Notes: a model not told the origin generated them from the sequence alone. A stretch of DNA of 64,000 nucleotides from Candidatus Gottesmanbacteria bacterium (GCA_903821745.1 CAIJMI010000004.1:85542-149541), one strand, 5' to 3'. Positions 1 to 10,699 are shown, numbered from the stretch's first letter. Translations and numbers: made by a program.

Positions 1-196
1 AAACTTTTTAAACAAGGAATACAGACACGATCATTTTTTTTCTCTCCAAAAACTGCATTTAAAAAATTGCGATTATTCCAACATAAAAAAAACCCCGTAG
101 CGGAAACGGTTGAAACAGAAGGATTTTATGTACCGTCTGGACTTGGAAACTCCGCTCAAGATTTTCTCAAAACAATAAAAATAATAAAAAATATAT

Positions 197-1075
197 ATGC
201 AACGACTCATGAGGCCTGACCTGTCAATCATTATTGTTGCAACAAACGAATTCTCTCTACTTAAAAAGTGCCTTCTATCAATCGAAAAAACCAAAGAAAA
301 ACTTCATGTTGAATTATTTATCGTAAACAATGCTTCAACTGACCAAACAAAACACTATTTAAAAAAATATACAAGAACACCATATGTTCACATTCTCGAA
401 AACACAACAATAAAAGGTTTTGCATATAACAACAATCAAGCCATAACAAAAGCACAAGCAAACTACATCATATTACTCAATCCTGACACAGAATTACTCC
501 CACAATCATTACAAAGAATGCTCTCATTTATAAAACTTCATAAGGCAGTTGGCATATGTGCGCCAAAATTACTCAATCCAGATATGTCTTTACAATACTC
601 TTGCCGTCATTTTCCAACATGGAAAACTTATGTTATGCGCAGAACGCCTTTTCGATATATGTTTCCAAATAGTACTACAAATAACTTCCACCTAATGAAA
701 AATGAAAATCACGATCAACAACAGCCAGTTGACTGGGTATTAGGCGGGTGTTTGTGCATCAAAAAAGAAATGATAAATTCTATTGGTATATTAGATGACA
801 AATATTTTTTATATGTTGACGATATTGATTACTGTCTACGCGCTTGGCATAAACATTGGAGCGTTTATTATCTTCCATCCGCCAAAGTGATACATCATCA
901 TCAAGCCAAAAGTGATAAAAAATTATTTAGTGTATATTCTCTATATCACATGAAAAGCATGATTTATTTTGTATTGAAACATGGATTGTCTCCAAAAAGA
1001 CAATTAAGACATCCGCTGAAGAATTGGCTTCATTTGCTCAATATTATAAAAAAGGGGATTAGAAAATTGCTGTAA
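197..1075 (+). CDS. Glycosyltransferase family 2 (rhamnosyltransferase-like)
   Basis: N-terminal GT2 fold signature (IIIVATNEF..LLKKCLLSI), DxD-like YVDDIDYC motif; neighbours are rhamnose/NDP-sugar enzymes. Confidence 0.7.
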   Translation: MQRLMRPDLSIIIVATNEFSLLKKCLLSIEKTKEKLHVELFIVNNASTDQTKHYLKKYTRTPYVHILENTTIKGFAYNNNQAITKAQANYIILLNPDTELLPQSLQRMLSFIKLHKAVGICAPKLLNPDMSLQYSCRHFPTWKTYVMRRTPFRYMFPNSTTNNFHLMKNENHDQQQPVDWVLGGCLCIKKEMINSIGILDDKYFLYVDDIDYCLRAWHKHWSVYYLPSAKVIHHHQAKSDKKLFSVYSLYHMKSMIYFVLKHGLSPKRQLRHPLKNWLHLLNIIKKGIRKLL

Positions 1076-2029
1076 TGCTCTGTGTCGTAAAATATATGGA
1101 ACAAGAAAACGTATGGATTTCTCAATGGTATCTTTAGACTGAAAATGAAGAATTTTTTCAGCCCGTTTTGTGCTTACTTTATAGGATCTATCTACTTTAT
1201 TATCATTTTCATAGATAAGTGATATTTCTCTATGAAACACCTTCTTAAACACCCGTTGTACTTCCTTTGCAATAAAGCCTACCTGATAGTTACCAGAGGA
1301 AATATTAATTATTTTTCCTTTTACCAATTTTTCTGGCGCTTGAACAGCTAATAGATAAGCTTCAGCTACGTCTTGTATTGAAATCAATGGTCTCCATTGC
1401 ATACCTTTGCAAAATATGTGGAGTTTTTTGTAACGAAGCGCGTCTCGAACCATAGTATTAATAATAAGGTCATAGCGCATACGAGGAGACCATCCGTACA
1501 CCGTTCCTTTGCGCAAAATAACAGGAGTAAATGTTGTATCAGAAAGTTTTAGTAATGCCTTTTCTGCAAGAAACTTGGATTGTGAGTATGGATTTTTTGG
1601 TTTAACTGACGCATTCTCCGTTTTTATTTTTGTTACCTTATGCAGTCCACAATCATAAATTGAACAGCTGGATGCAAAAATAAATCTTTTTACTCCTGCT
1701 TTCTTTGCCATACAACCAATGACTTTTGTACCTTCAGTGTTAATTGCTTTGTTGGCTGTTGGATTAAATTCTGCGGTAGGGTCATTCGAAAGTGCAGCTA
1801 AGTGAATAACGATATCCACAGTATCAAATAAATCTTTTGGTGGATTTCTAACATCACCCTGAATTACACGAACGTCTTTAGCAAAGTTTTTGATTGAATG
1901 TTTACCAAAAAAGAACGCATCAAAAATCGTAACAGCATATCCATGTTTTACAAGAAGAGGTACAAGAATAGAACCAATATATCCAGCTCCTCCAGTTACA
2001 AGTACATGCGGTTTTCTACAATGTTTCAT
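1004..2029 (-). CDS. NAD-dependent epimerase/dehydratase (SDR family; dTDP-glucose 4,6-dehydratase/UDP-sugar epimerase-like)
   Basis: Rossmann motif VLVTGGAGYIGS at N-terminus, catalytic YxxxK (YSQSK); 341 aa typical of RfbB/GalE-type enzymes. Confidence 0.75.
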   Translation of the reverse strand: MKHCRKPHVLVTGGAGYIGSILVPLLVKHGYAVTIFDAFFFGKHSIKNFAKDVRVIQGDVRNPPKDLFDTVDIVIHLAALSNDPTAEFNPTANKAINTEGTKVIGCMAKKAGVKRFIFASSCSIYDCGLHKVTKIKTENASVKPKNPYSQSKFLAEKALLKLSDTTFTPVILRKGTVYGWSPRMRYDLIINTMVRDALRYKKLHIFCKGMQWRPLISIQDVAEAYLLAVQAPEKLVKGKIINISSGNYQVGFIAKEVQRVFKKVFHREISLIYENDNKVDRSYKVSTKRAEKILHFQSKDTIEKSIRFLVPYILRHRALQQFSNPLFYNIEQMKPILQRMS

Positions 2030-2054
2030 AATCGTTAAGCTGCACTAGTATACA

Positions 2055-2621
2055 TTATACGAAGGCTGGATGAAGCAGATAGGTTTTTAAAGATATGCCA
2101 CTCTTATCACGAAAAGACAATATGGGTGTTGATTGTAAAGGCCAATGGATATCAATATCAACATCATTCCAAAGAATTGTTCCTTCTGCTAATGGGGTAT
2201 AGTAACCTGTTTGTTTGTATTGCATTTCCGCATAGGTTGTCAAAGTAAAAAATCCCAGAGCAAACCCAACAGGAACGTATAAAAGCTTTTTATTAGATGC
2301 TGAAAGTACAGTCGTATATGCCTTACCAAATGTTGTTGAAGAGATTCGTAAATCAACAGCAACTTCAAAAACCGAACCGACAGTACATCGGACTAGCTTA
2401 CCCATTGGGGCAGACATATCCTGATAATGAAGTCCTCGAAGAACACCGCGTTTTGATCTTGAATGGCCTTCTTGAACAAATTCTTTATCAAACCCCGCCT
2501 TCTTAAAATCTCTCTTATTCCACGGCTCTATAAAAAAACCCCGATCGTCTTGAAAATAATCAATTGTAAGAATCAACAAATCTTTAAACGCTGTTGTAGT
2601 AATGTGTGTATTCATGGACAC
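2055..2621 (-). CDS. rfbC: dTDP-4-dehydrorhamnose 3,5-epimerase
   Basis: 188 aa cupin; motifs ...DDRGFF.E..., HYQ..., typical RmlC length and signature. Confidence 0.8.
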   Translation of the reverse strand: MSMNTHITTTAFKDLLILTIDYFQDDRGFFIEPWNKRDFKKAGFDKEFVQEGHSRSKRGVLRGLHYQDMSAPMGKLVRCTVGSVFEVAVDLRISSTTFGKAYTTVLSASNKKLLYVPVGFALGFFTLTTYAEMQYKQTGYYTPLAEGTILWNDVDIDIHWPLQSTPILSFRDKSGISLKTYLLHPAFV

Positions 2622-2665
2622 CTCTGTTTATTATATAATACCTTGATATTAAACGTTTCTTTCTT

Positions 2666-3628
2666 ATGACTGTTACTTGTATTATTTCGTGTGCAGGTTA
2701 TCCAAAAAATATCGCTGTTTTACAACGATGTATTCAATCTATTGTTCAAGCAAAAAAGAAAGGAATAAAAGCTATTATTGTTGTCACCACAAATAATCCT
2801 CAACATTGCATACCAAAAAATTTGCACATAAATTTTCTTTTTGTTTCAACAAAAGACTCTGGGTTCGTACAAATTAATAATATCGCTGTCCAAAAAACCA
2901 TTCAGCTCGATAGTGATTTTTATTTAATTATTAATGATGATGCAGAAATTAAAAATGATTTTTTTTATGAATTAAAAAAGACTGCTTTCTTAGATAAACA
3001 AAGAGGGGACGTATATATACCATATATCTACGAAGGTCATTCAAAAAAACTAGATTCTTTTGGAGTGGAATATTTTCGAACGGGGTATTCAAAAAATTCT
3101 TTTTCTCCAAAAATTATCACTTCTCTTGCCTCAATGTCATGTCTTCTCATAAGAACTCGCTTTCTTAAAAAGATGGTGTCAACATATGGTTTTTTTCTCA
3201 ACCCGGTACTCTGTTGGTATCTTGATGACGTAGAATTCTCTATTCGAGCACTAGCAATTGGAGGAATTTTTTCTAAATGCAACAATCTTATCGCCTATCA
3301 TTTAAGAACGTTTACATGGGGAAGGAAAAGTTATTTTGTAATGTATCAAAGTTTTCGTAATCTCCTCTGGGTTATAGTATTAACCTGGCCGAGGCAATTT
3401 ATTCTAAAAAATGCTCTAAGAATTTCTTACTGGCAAACAATAACTGCTGCCTACTGCTTTATTAAATATTCTCCTTGGATGTACCTAAAGATTCTTTTGG
3501 ATACTGTTCAAAACTGGCACACATTACAGACGGGTAGAAAAAACATTCTTAAGCAGTACACCAATGCGCGTGTTTTTTCTACAATTTTTTCTTCGTTAGA
3601 AATTCGACATGATCGAATAACCTTCTAA
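2666..3628 (+). CDS. Glycosyltransferase family 2-like protein
   Basis: N-terminal GT-A like segment (CIISCAGYPKN...IIVVTTN), DD acidic motif (IINDDAEI); weak similarity only. Confidence 0.5.
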   Translation: MTVTCIISCAGYPKNIAVLQRCIQSIVQAKKKGIKAIIVVTTNNPQHCIPKNLHINFLFVSTKDSGFVQINNIAVQKTIQLDSDFYLIINDDAEIKNDFFYELKKTAFLDKQRGDVYIPYIYEGHSKKLDSFGVEYFRTGYSKNSFSPKIITSLASMSCLLIRTRFLKKMVSTYGFFLNPVLCWYLDDVEFSIRALAIGGIFSKCNNLIAYHLRTFTWGRKSYFVMYQSFRNLLWVIVLTWPRQFILKNALRISYWQTITAAYCFIKYSPWMYLKILLDTVQNWHTLQTGRKNILKQYTNARVFSTIFSSLEIRHDRITF

Positions 3629-3636
3629 GCCAATGG

Positions 3637-4992
3637 TTAAAACCAATTTATAGCAACTGCAAAAAGGAAGTAGATATATATGAAATTATTTGGTGCTGTG
3701 TTCTCAAACAAACCAATAAGATAAAAAAGAAAAACTGCGGTTAAGGTTGAGAGTGGCAAAATAATTTTTTGCTTAGACTTCAAAAAAGAGGCTTTTTTTA
3801 AAGAAAAGAGTAATTTAGATACAATCAAATAATTAATGACTACATACAATCCAGTGCCCAATATGCCCGTTTCCGCCAACATGGTTAGTTCGTCATTGTG
3901 AGACGAAACAGGTTCTCTAGCTGTGACATCTACTTCACTTTCTCCACCAACAACATAATTGTAATAATGTAAAATAACTGGCCTATCTACTATGAACCGA
4001 TAGTTTCCACTACCTATTCCAACAAAAGGAGATGCCGTAAAAGCAAATATAGCTTGTTGATACAAAAACAATCTTCCAAGTGTAAAAACAACATCTCGAC
4101 TTTTTTCCTTTAATAAAAACCTATCTACAACATTATATTGAAAGACAGATGATGCAATCATAATGCCTATAACCATAGACACAATAACGGGGATAATAAC
4201 TTTAACAAGCATTTGAACTCTAATCAATTGAGAACGAATAATCATAATAACATAAAAAACGACACCACTAATAAAACAGAGAGTGAGCCACCGAAAATTG
4301 GATGTGACAAACGAAAGGGGGATTAAAAATATTCCCAACCACACATAGAGTCGATTAAAAAATGTTTCTCGATGTTTTAACAATAATGTTGAACCAATGA
4401 AAAATGGAAAGGAAATAACCAAATTTCCCCATTGGGGACCTCTGCCTCTTCCCAAATCGCGCGCTATGCTATATGCCGCGTCTCCAAATAAAAATCTTTT
4501 GGCAATAATAATGGCTTGATCCCGAAAAAGAAGTTGAAATAGACTAATAGAAGCAAGAGCAACCGTGACAATACCAATCATATGTAATAATCTATTTTTT
4601 TCTTCATTTGAAAAATCAACAAGACGAACTGCTGCATATTGAATAATAGCTATTAATAGCAACCGAAAATTAGTTGGTTCAAATATATACTGACTTACAA
4701 TTAGAGAAATAGCATTTATTAAAAAAAATCCAACAACCAACCAATCCACCACCACCCTTTGTTTATTCATTAGTATCTTTTTCTGTTTCCAAAATATATA
4801 TAAAAACAAAACTATAAAAAAAGAGAATCCTGTTAAAAGACCGATACTTGTTTTTGGAGGAATTGGGAGGGGATTTGAAAAAATGGTAATGACACTTAGA
4901 GTGTTTTGAATTCCAATAAGAAAAACAAAATTAGTTTTAGTAAAAACTCGATCAGCAATTTGTTGAATGACTATATTAAAATTTTTCTTCAT
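3637..4992 (-). CDS. Polytopic membrane protein, O-antigen ligase/polymerase (Wzy/WaaL)-like
   Basis: About 10-12 predicted TM helices over 451 aa, embedded in glycosyltransferase cluster; family assignment by architecture only. Confidence 0.4.
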   Translation of the reverse strand: MKKNFNIVIQQIADRVFTKTNFVFLIGIQNTLSVITIFSNPLPIPPKTSIGLLTGFSFFIVLFLYIFWKQKKILMNKQRVVVDWLVVGFFLINAISLIVSQYIFEPTNFRLLLIAIIQYAAVRLVDFSNEEKNRLLHMIGIVTVALASISLFQLLFRDQAIIIAKRFLFGDAAYSIARDLGRGRGPQWGNLVISFPFFIGSTLLLKHRETFFNRLYVWLGIFLIPLSFVTSNFRWLTLCFISGVVFYVIMIIRSQLIRVQMLVKVIIPVIVSMVIGIMIASSVFQYNVVDRFLLKEKSRDVVFTLGRLFLYQQAIFAFTASPFVGIGSGNYRFIVDRPVILHYYNYVVGGESEVDVTAREPVSSHNDELTMLAETGILGTGLYVVINYLIVSKLLFSLKKASFLKSKQKIILPLSTLTAVFLFYLIGLFENTAPNNFIYIYFLFAVAINWF

Positions 4993-5095
4993 GTCGACTC
5001 TTTTATAAAAGCGTTCGTAGTATAGATGAATTTATCCTTTTGCGAAAGTGATTCAGAATATAATAATATGTGGTATAAATAGACGATACATAACC

Positions 5096-6271
5096 ATGAT
5101 GCGTCACAACCAAAAAACATTGTTTATCTTTCACACAGAATTTATACACCTACGCGGAGGAGAGAAATACGTTTATGAGCAAACAAAACGGCTTATAAAA
5201 AAACACACTATCACACTCTGTGTGGAACGTATTAATACATATTGGACAAAAAAATTTTATTCAATCGGTGTATCAATACACTATATATGGACGCCCCGCC
5301 ATTTATATTGGCTTCTTCTACCATTAACGTTTGTTGTAAATATTACTCAGTTAAAAAAATTCATCTCTCCAAGAGATACCGTCTTTGCAACCAGTTTTCC
5401 TTTAAGTCTGCTTGCAACGTTCGTAACAAAAAAATCCATCGTTTTTTGTTTTGAGCCATTAAGTATCTTCTATGACACGCTCAGAATTAAAACGGGGTCA
5501 TTAAAAGAAAAATTTTTTTTATTAATCATTCGATTTTTCTACTCACCTTTTGATCGTCTAGCGGTGAAGAGAGCAAAAATTCTCGCTACTTTAAACAAAC
5601 CTGTTGCCACAGCCATCTGGCGCCGCTACCACAGAAGGCCAAATGTTTTTATTCCAAACGGAGTTGATACAAAAGTATTTTGTTCTGATGCCCCTCGGTA
5701 TTTAACAAACAACAGACAGCAAAATTTTGTTGTGGGGCACAGCACGGACTACACAATATTAAAGGGCACAGAATTACTTCTCCGTGCGCTGCCTTTCGTT
5801 TTAAAAAAAAATAAAAACGTGTCACTACTCATTTCTGAAAGTATTTCAAATACAAAAAAACATACTCAATATTTAAAAATTATTAAAGCTCTACGTATTC
5901 AAAATCATGTTCATTTTGTTGGTTGTGTTCCAGAAAATAAACTCCCTGGTTTTTATACCATGTGTAATGTATTTTGCTATTGCGGATCTACACGGTGTAT
6001 TGGTGGTTCTTCCGCTAGTCTCTCTGTGATCGAGGCAGAATCATGTGGAATACCAGTATTAAGAACGCTTGGAAACACGGATGAGATTGTCAAAAACAAA
6101 ACCGGTTTTTATTTTAAAAACGAAAGCCCCATTTCTATTGCAAAAGGAATTCTCCACTACATGAGTCTACCGAAAAAAACCACCAAGAATATGGGGCTGT
6201 CGGCTCGCAAATACTGTGTTGCCAACTTTTCTTGGCAGTATTCCGCCAATAAATTGGCGTCCATCATATGA
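5096..6271 (+). CDS. Glycosyltransferase family 1 (GT4-type)
   Basis: C-terminal GT-B motif EAESCGIPVL...TGF; start moved to internal Met (MMRHNQKTLFIF) to avoid unlikely N-terminal extension. Confidence 0.7.
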   Translation: MMRHNQKTLFIFHTEFIHLRGGEKYVYEQTKRLIKKHTITLCVERINTYWTKKFYSIGVSIHYIWTPRHLYWLLLPLTFVVNITQLKKFISPRDTVFATSFPLSLLATFVTKKSIVFCFEPLSIFYDTLRIKTGSLKEKFFLLIIRFFYSPFDRLAVKRAKILATLNKPVATAIWRRYHRRPNVFIPNGVDTKVFCSDAPRYLTNNRQQNFVVGHSTDYTILKGTELLLRALPFVLKKNKNVSLLISESISNTKKHTQYLKIIKALRIQNHVHFVGCVPENKLPGFYTMCNVFCYCGSTRCIGGSSASLSVIEAESCGIPVLRTLGNTDEIVKNKTGFYFKNESPISIAKGILHYMSLPKKTTKNMGLSARKYCVANFSWQYSANKLASII

Positions 6272-7065
6272 ACACAACGCCATTTACCAAAAGTGCCACA
6301 TATTATGATCTTCTTTATCAGAAAAAAAATTATGAAGAGGAAACAAAAAAAATTGATTCTATTATTAGGATGCGTAAAGTTCCTTCCAAAAAAATGTTGG
6401 ATCTTGGTTGTGGAACAGGAGAGCATGCAATTCTCTTTACCAATCTAGGATATTCTGTCACGGGGGTTGATTTATCAACAAAAATGTTATCAATTGCAAA
6501 AAATAAAACTATTGAATTGAACACACCTATTAATTTTAAAAGGGGTAACATCGTCTCATTTACAGCTTCGCAACCTTTTGGTGTTGCAGTTTCTTTATTT
6601 CATGTGCTAAGTTATTTGTTAACCAACACTGATATCTCCACCTTTTTTTCTTCAACATATCAAAACTTGCAACCCGGCGGATTATTTATCTTCGACTGTT
6701 GGTATGGACCCGGAGTTCTACAAAACCCACCAACCAACCAAACGAAAACTGGCTTTAGCAATAACTATACTTATATACGGACAAAAACCCCGACCCATAA
6801 ACCAAAGCAACACATTGTCCGAGTAATGCATAATATGACTATTACATTTCCTCATCATACAGTTCGTTACAAAGAACTTCATTGTCTCCGATATTTTTTT
6901 ATTAAAGAGATAAAACAATTTCTTAAAAGAAATAATTTTAAATTGTTGTCTTGGGGAGATCTCAACAATAATTTAACTCATCCAAAACAGGGTGATTGGA
7001 ACGTTCTGTTCGTGGCACAAAAACCATCTACAAAGAAGGGGACAAAGAAATTGTCAGGGCGTTGA
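6268..7065 (+). CDS. Class I SAM-dependent methyltransferase
   Basis: Motif I LDLGCGTGEH; ATGA start/stop overlap with upstream GT1 gene. Confidence 0.7.
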   Translation: MNTTPFTKSATYYDLLYQKKNYEEETKKIDSIIRMRKVPSKKMLDLGCGTGEHAILFTNLGYSVTGVDLSTKMLSIAKNKTIELNTPINFKRGNIVSFTASQPFGVAVSLFHVLSYLLTNTDISTFFSSTYQNLQPGGLFIFDCWYGPGVLQNPPTNQTKTGFSNNYTYIRTKTPTHKPKQHIVRVMHNMTITFPHHTVRYKELHCLRYFFIKEIKQFLKRNNFKLLSWGDLNNNLTHPKQGDWNVLFVAQKPSTKKGTKKLSGR

Positions 7066-7870
7066 TGTTTATTCTTGGAAGAGAAATATATAACGGTTCT
7101 CCAATCTTAACCACCTGGGTATAATTAAAAAAGTTTTCGTTTCCTGACCGTGTTGTTAAAATGTCTAAGATCAACGTCACGTCTCTAAGCAAAGGGTCAC
7201 TCCGTAATAAAACAAGTTGTCCTATTTGTTTATAAGGAACCCCATATATACTTTGGGTATTTTCTGTGATAATCGTCTTTTCAGCAAAATTTTCTTCTTT
7301 TTTAACAACACGAACAACCTCACCACCAGAACCGTTCGTCATTGTGTCTCCAACTTGAATTGCGTCCGCCTGCCAAGGAAAAACGTTATACCACCGAACC
7401 ATAATAGTTTGTTTGTTTTGCTGACCAAACTCTTGTACCCCTTGAATGCCTATTACGTTAGCGTACATCTGTGTATTTCCTGGAGATATAGCTATCGTTG
7501 CTCCGATTTCGAGTGGATTCTGTTTAAAACGGTATTTTTTTGTCCGAAGGTCTTTTGACACAAGGAGACGTGCTTTTACAACCAATATTTTTCTGTTTCG
7601 ATCATCAAATTTTTGCACGCTTAAAACTTCTACAACCTTTTTTCCAGTAACATCGTATTCAACCGCCCCTCGCACAACTGGATCTCCAAGCCAATATGGG
7701 GGGTTAATTGTGTCCCACCACCACTCTCCTCCAGTAATAAAAAGGTCTGTCGTAATATAGGTTTTCTTCTGCAAAAAAAATGAAGTAAAGACAAAAACAC
7801 ACAGTGCGAGCGCGGTAATAATAAGTATAAAAAACCAACCTCTTTTTTTATTTTTCAATATCTGCTTCAT
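7028..7870 (-). CDS. Hypothetical bitopic membrane protein (N-terminal TM anchor, extracytoplasmic domain)
   Basis: N-terminal hydrophobic helix WFFILIITALALCVFVFTSFFL, no recognisable domain. Confidence 0.35.
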   Translation of the reverse strand: MKQILKNKKRGWFFILIITALALCVFVFTSFFLQKKTYITTDLFITGGEWWWDTINPPYWLGDPVVRGAVEYDVTGKKVVEVLSVQKFDDRNRKILVVKARLLVSKDLRTKKYRFKQNPLEIGATIAISPGNTQMYANVIGIQGVQEFGQQNKQTIMVRWYNVFPWQADAIQVGDTMTNGSGGEVVRVVKKEENFAEKTIITENTQSIYGVPYKQIGQLVLLRSDPLLRDVTLILDILTTRSGNENFFNYTQVVKIGEPLYISLPRININALTISLSPSL

Positions 7871-7964
7871 TTTAGTGTCGTTGTTAAACTTCTTAGTTCT
7901 TCCTGTGTAATGTACTACAGTTTTCCAGACAAAACAATCTAGTGTTTGTTTTATTAAATTAGTA

Positions 7965-8011
7965 TTGACAAACTATCACCAGGCGATTATATTGTGGATA
8001 AATTGTCCACA
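7965..8011 (+). promoter_or_regulatory. dnaA promoter (TTGACA -35 at 7965-7970, 17-nt spacer, TATATT -10 at 7988-7993) overlapping two DnaA boxes (TGTGGATAA 7993-8001, TTGTCCACA 8003-8011)
   Basis: Direct sequence read: consensus -35, 17 nt spacing, near-consensus -10; perfect reverse-complement DnaA box and 1-mismatch box directly downstream, classic autoregulatory layout. Confidence 0.55.
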
Positions 8012-8031
8012 CATCTTGCCCTTCATTATTT

Positions 8032-9399
8032 ATGGAACCACAACGACTATGGAGGTCTGTCCTTGCTGAACTCGAATTATCCGTTTCTAAGGCCACCTTT
8101 CAAACACATTTTTCTCAAAGTGACCTTCTTTCGTTAAAAAATGGTGTTGCAACCATTGGACTAACCAATCCGCTTGTTCGAACCATGGTGGAAACAAGAT
8201 ATTATTCTCTTGTAAAGAGCATCATTGACCATACGACAAACGAAAACATAAGCCTTGTTTTTGTCGTTATATCAAAAAAGTTAGTGCTAACTGAAAAAGA
8301 AGCTGGACCACTCTTTACCCAAACAGTTGACAGCCCGCGCCTTGATTCTGTTGGAGCAGCAAAAAGACTACATATTCAGCCAGAATACACATTTGAGGCG
8401 TTTGCCGTCTCTACAACGAACCAAATAGCCTATGCGGCGGCGTCTGCGGTTGCAAAAAGCCCGGGCTCCGCATATAATCCACTTTTTCTCTATGGTGGGG
8501 TTGGGGTAGGGAAGACACACCTTATGCACGCCGTTGCAAACAGCATGTTGGTAAAAAAACCCTCAACAAAAGTTGTGTATTGCATGGGAGAAGAATTTTT
8601 AAACGAAATCATCGAGGCCATTCAAACAAAATCGGTGCGACAATTTAAACAAAAATATCGATCTGCAGAACTTTTACTTGTTGACGACGTACAATTTATT
8701 GCAGGAAAACAAACAGCACAAGAGGAATTCTTTCACACGTTTAATGCTGTCCACCGCGAGGGGGGGCAAATTATTCTAACAAGCGACAGATCTCCTGGTG
8801 AAATTTCTCACTTAGAAGATCGACTGCGCTCTCGGTTTGAGGGGGGATTGCTGGTTGATATTTCTCCCCCGGATTATGAGCTGCGCGCGGCAATTGTAAA
8901 CATTAAGTCTCGATCATTAGGACTTCAGCTCACAACAGACGGCGCCAGGGTTATTGCGGCAAACTTTACAGACACGCGGGCCATTGAGGGGTTTTTAAAG
9001 CGGCTCACGACAGAAGTGAGCGCGCACGGAACAGAGCTCACACCAGATTCCATTACTGCGCTTCTTTCTTCACGGGGACAGGTAAACGGGGCTGCCCCCA
9101 TCACAAAGCGGCGCGTTTCTCCACAAGAGGTTTTGGACGCCGTCGCAACATTTTTTAATATTAAATCGTCAACAATTAAAGGACCAAAACGGGACAGGCC
9201 AATAGCAAGACCAAGACAACTTATTATGTATATATGTAAAATCGAGCTTGGTTTAACACTTGATGACATCGGCGGCCTTCTGGGGGGGAGAGATCACACC
9301 ACAATTATGCACGGAATTGACACTATTGCGCACGAGTTACCCACAAACGAACGCTTGCGGGAAGCGGCAGAGGGGATAAAACAACAATTATGGGCTTAG
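8032..9399 (+). CDS. dnaA: Chromosomal replication initiator protein DnaA
   Basis: AAA+ Walker A GGVGVGKTHL, Walker B LLLVDDVQF, C-terminal DnaA box-binding HTH domain (RDHTTIMH), followed by dnaN. Confidence 0.95.
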   Translation: MEPQRLWRSVLAELELSVSKATFQTHFSQSDLLSLKNGVATIGLTNPLVRTMVETRYYSLVKSIIDHTTNENISLVFVVISKKLVLTEKEAGPLFTQTVDSPRLDSVGAAKRLHIQPEYTFEAFAVSTTNQIAYAAASAVAKSPGSAYNPLFLYGGVGVGKTHLMHAVANSMLVKKPSTKVVYCMGEEFLNEIIEAIQTKSVRQFKQKYRSAELLLVDDVQFIAGKQTAQEEFFHTFNAVHREGGQIILTSDRSPGEISHLEDRLRSRFEGGLLVDISPPDYELRAAIVNIKSRSLGLQLTTDGARVIAANFTDTRAIEGFLKRLTTEVSAHGTELTPDSITALLSSRGQVNGAAPITKRRVSPQEVLDAVATFFNIKSSTIKGPKRDRPIARPRQLIMYICKIELGLTLDDIGGLLGGRDHTTIMHGIDTIAHELPTNERLREAAEGIKQQLWA

Positions 9400-9409
9400 T
9401 TTTGGCTAC

Positions 9410-9589
9410 TTTTCCACTTATCCACATAATGGTGATTTTTATCCACAGAGTTGTCCACGCGGTTTTTGCTGTTCTTGTTGATTTTTCTCTATGGGGTTTA
9501 GGTGATAAAAACAGCGCGTTGACAGATGAAGTAAAAAATCATACACTTTTCCACGCTTATTACTATTAACTACTACTAATAGAACCATT
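9410..9589 (+). promoter_or_regulatory. oriC-like region: DnaA box cluster (TTTTCCACT 9410, TTATCCACA 9418-9426, TTATCCACA 9439-9447, TTGTCCACG 9451-9459, TTTTCCACG 9547) plus AT-rich putative unwinding element (9557-9585)
   Basis: Two perfect consensus DnaA boxes and several 1-2 mismatch boxes in the dnaA-dnaN intergenic spacer, followed by an AT-rich tract immediately before dnaN. Confidence 0.6.
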
Positions 9590-10696
9590 ATGAAAGTTTC
9601 GCTATTACAAACACACTTAATGACAGCTCTTACAAAAACAACGCGCGTTATTTCTTCTAAATCACAATTGCCAATCCTACAAAACATCCTTATGGAAACC
9701 AGAGAAGAGCTTTTGTATATTGTGGGAACAAATACAGAAACAACGGTCGTAACCAAAACAAATGCAAAGATTGAAAAATCCGGCGGAGTCTGTGTACCAG
9801 CAAAACTGTTTATGGAGTTTGTTTCGACACTCCCCGAAGCACAAGTGGATTGTGTGTATAAAGACGGCTCACTTCTTGTAAATTGTGGAGGGTATGAGGC
9901 CACAATCCCATGTGTTGCTAAAGAAGAGTTTCCTCCAATTCCAGAAACCAAAAAAGGAAAAGAAATATCGATTCCCAAAGCGACGCTTTTGTCTTCGCTT
10001 GAAAGCGTTTTGTTTTCTGCCGCAACAGACGAAGGGAGACCGGTGCTAACCGGAATTAAGATTAAAAAAACGAACGAGGGCGTATTAATGGTTGCAACAG
10101 ACGGCTACAGGCTTTCTCTAAAAAGGGTTGCTGTGTCTCTGGGAGAGGAAACAGATGTAATTATTCCCGCCCGGGCGCTTTTTGAAGTGGTTCGAGTTGG
10201 TCAGGAAGAAAAAAAAGACGACGCGGTGTTGTTTAAAAAGATCGACGAATCACAGCTCGGTTTTTTTATTGGCAATACAGAGGTATACACACGAATCATT
10301 GATGGAGAATATCCAAATTTTGAAAAAATTCTTCCAAAGAATCACACGACAAAAGCGGTAATTCATAAGGGAGTTTTTGAGAAAGCAACAAAATCAGTAG
10401 CTCTTTTTGCTCGGGACAACGCAAACATTATTAAAATACACATAGAGGAAGGAAAGTTGGCGATATCAGCAAACACACCACAGGTTGGACAAAACACCGT
10501 AGAAATTGAAACAGAAACCGAAGGGGAGGGAGGAGAAATTGCTTTTAATAGCCGGTTTGTTCTCGATTTTTTAAGCCATTTTAATGAAGAAAAAGTAACG
10601 TTCGAGATGACCGGTTCGTTAAACCCAGGAGTATTTAAATCAATAAAAGACGAAGACTTTCTTCATATTATCATGCCCGTTAGAACTGCGACTTAG
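9590..10696 (+). CDS. dnaN: DNA polymerase III beta sliding clamp
   Basis: 368 aa, three-domain clamp pattern, N-terminus MKVSLLQTHLMTAL...LPILQNILME typical of DnaN; synteny with dnaA. Confidence 0.9.
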   Translation: MKVSLLQTHLMTALTKTTRVISSKSQLPILQNILMETREELLYIVGTNTETTVVTKTNAKIEKSGGVCVPAKLFMEFVSTLPEAQVDCVYKDGSLLVNCGGYEATIPCVAKEEFPPIPETKKGKEISIPKATLLSSLESVLFSAATDEGRPVLTGIKIKKTNEGVLMVATDGYRLSLKRVAVSLGEETDVIIPARALFEVVRVGQEEKKDDAVLFKKIDESQLGFFIGNTEVYTRIIDGEYPNFEKILPKNHTTKAVIHKGVFEKATKSVALFARDNANIIKIHIEEGKLAISANTPQVGQNTVEIETETEGEGGEIAFNSRFVLDFLSHFNEEKVTFEMTGSLNPGVFKSIKDEDFLHIIMPVRTAT

Positions 10697-10699
10697 GTG

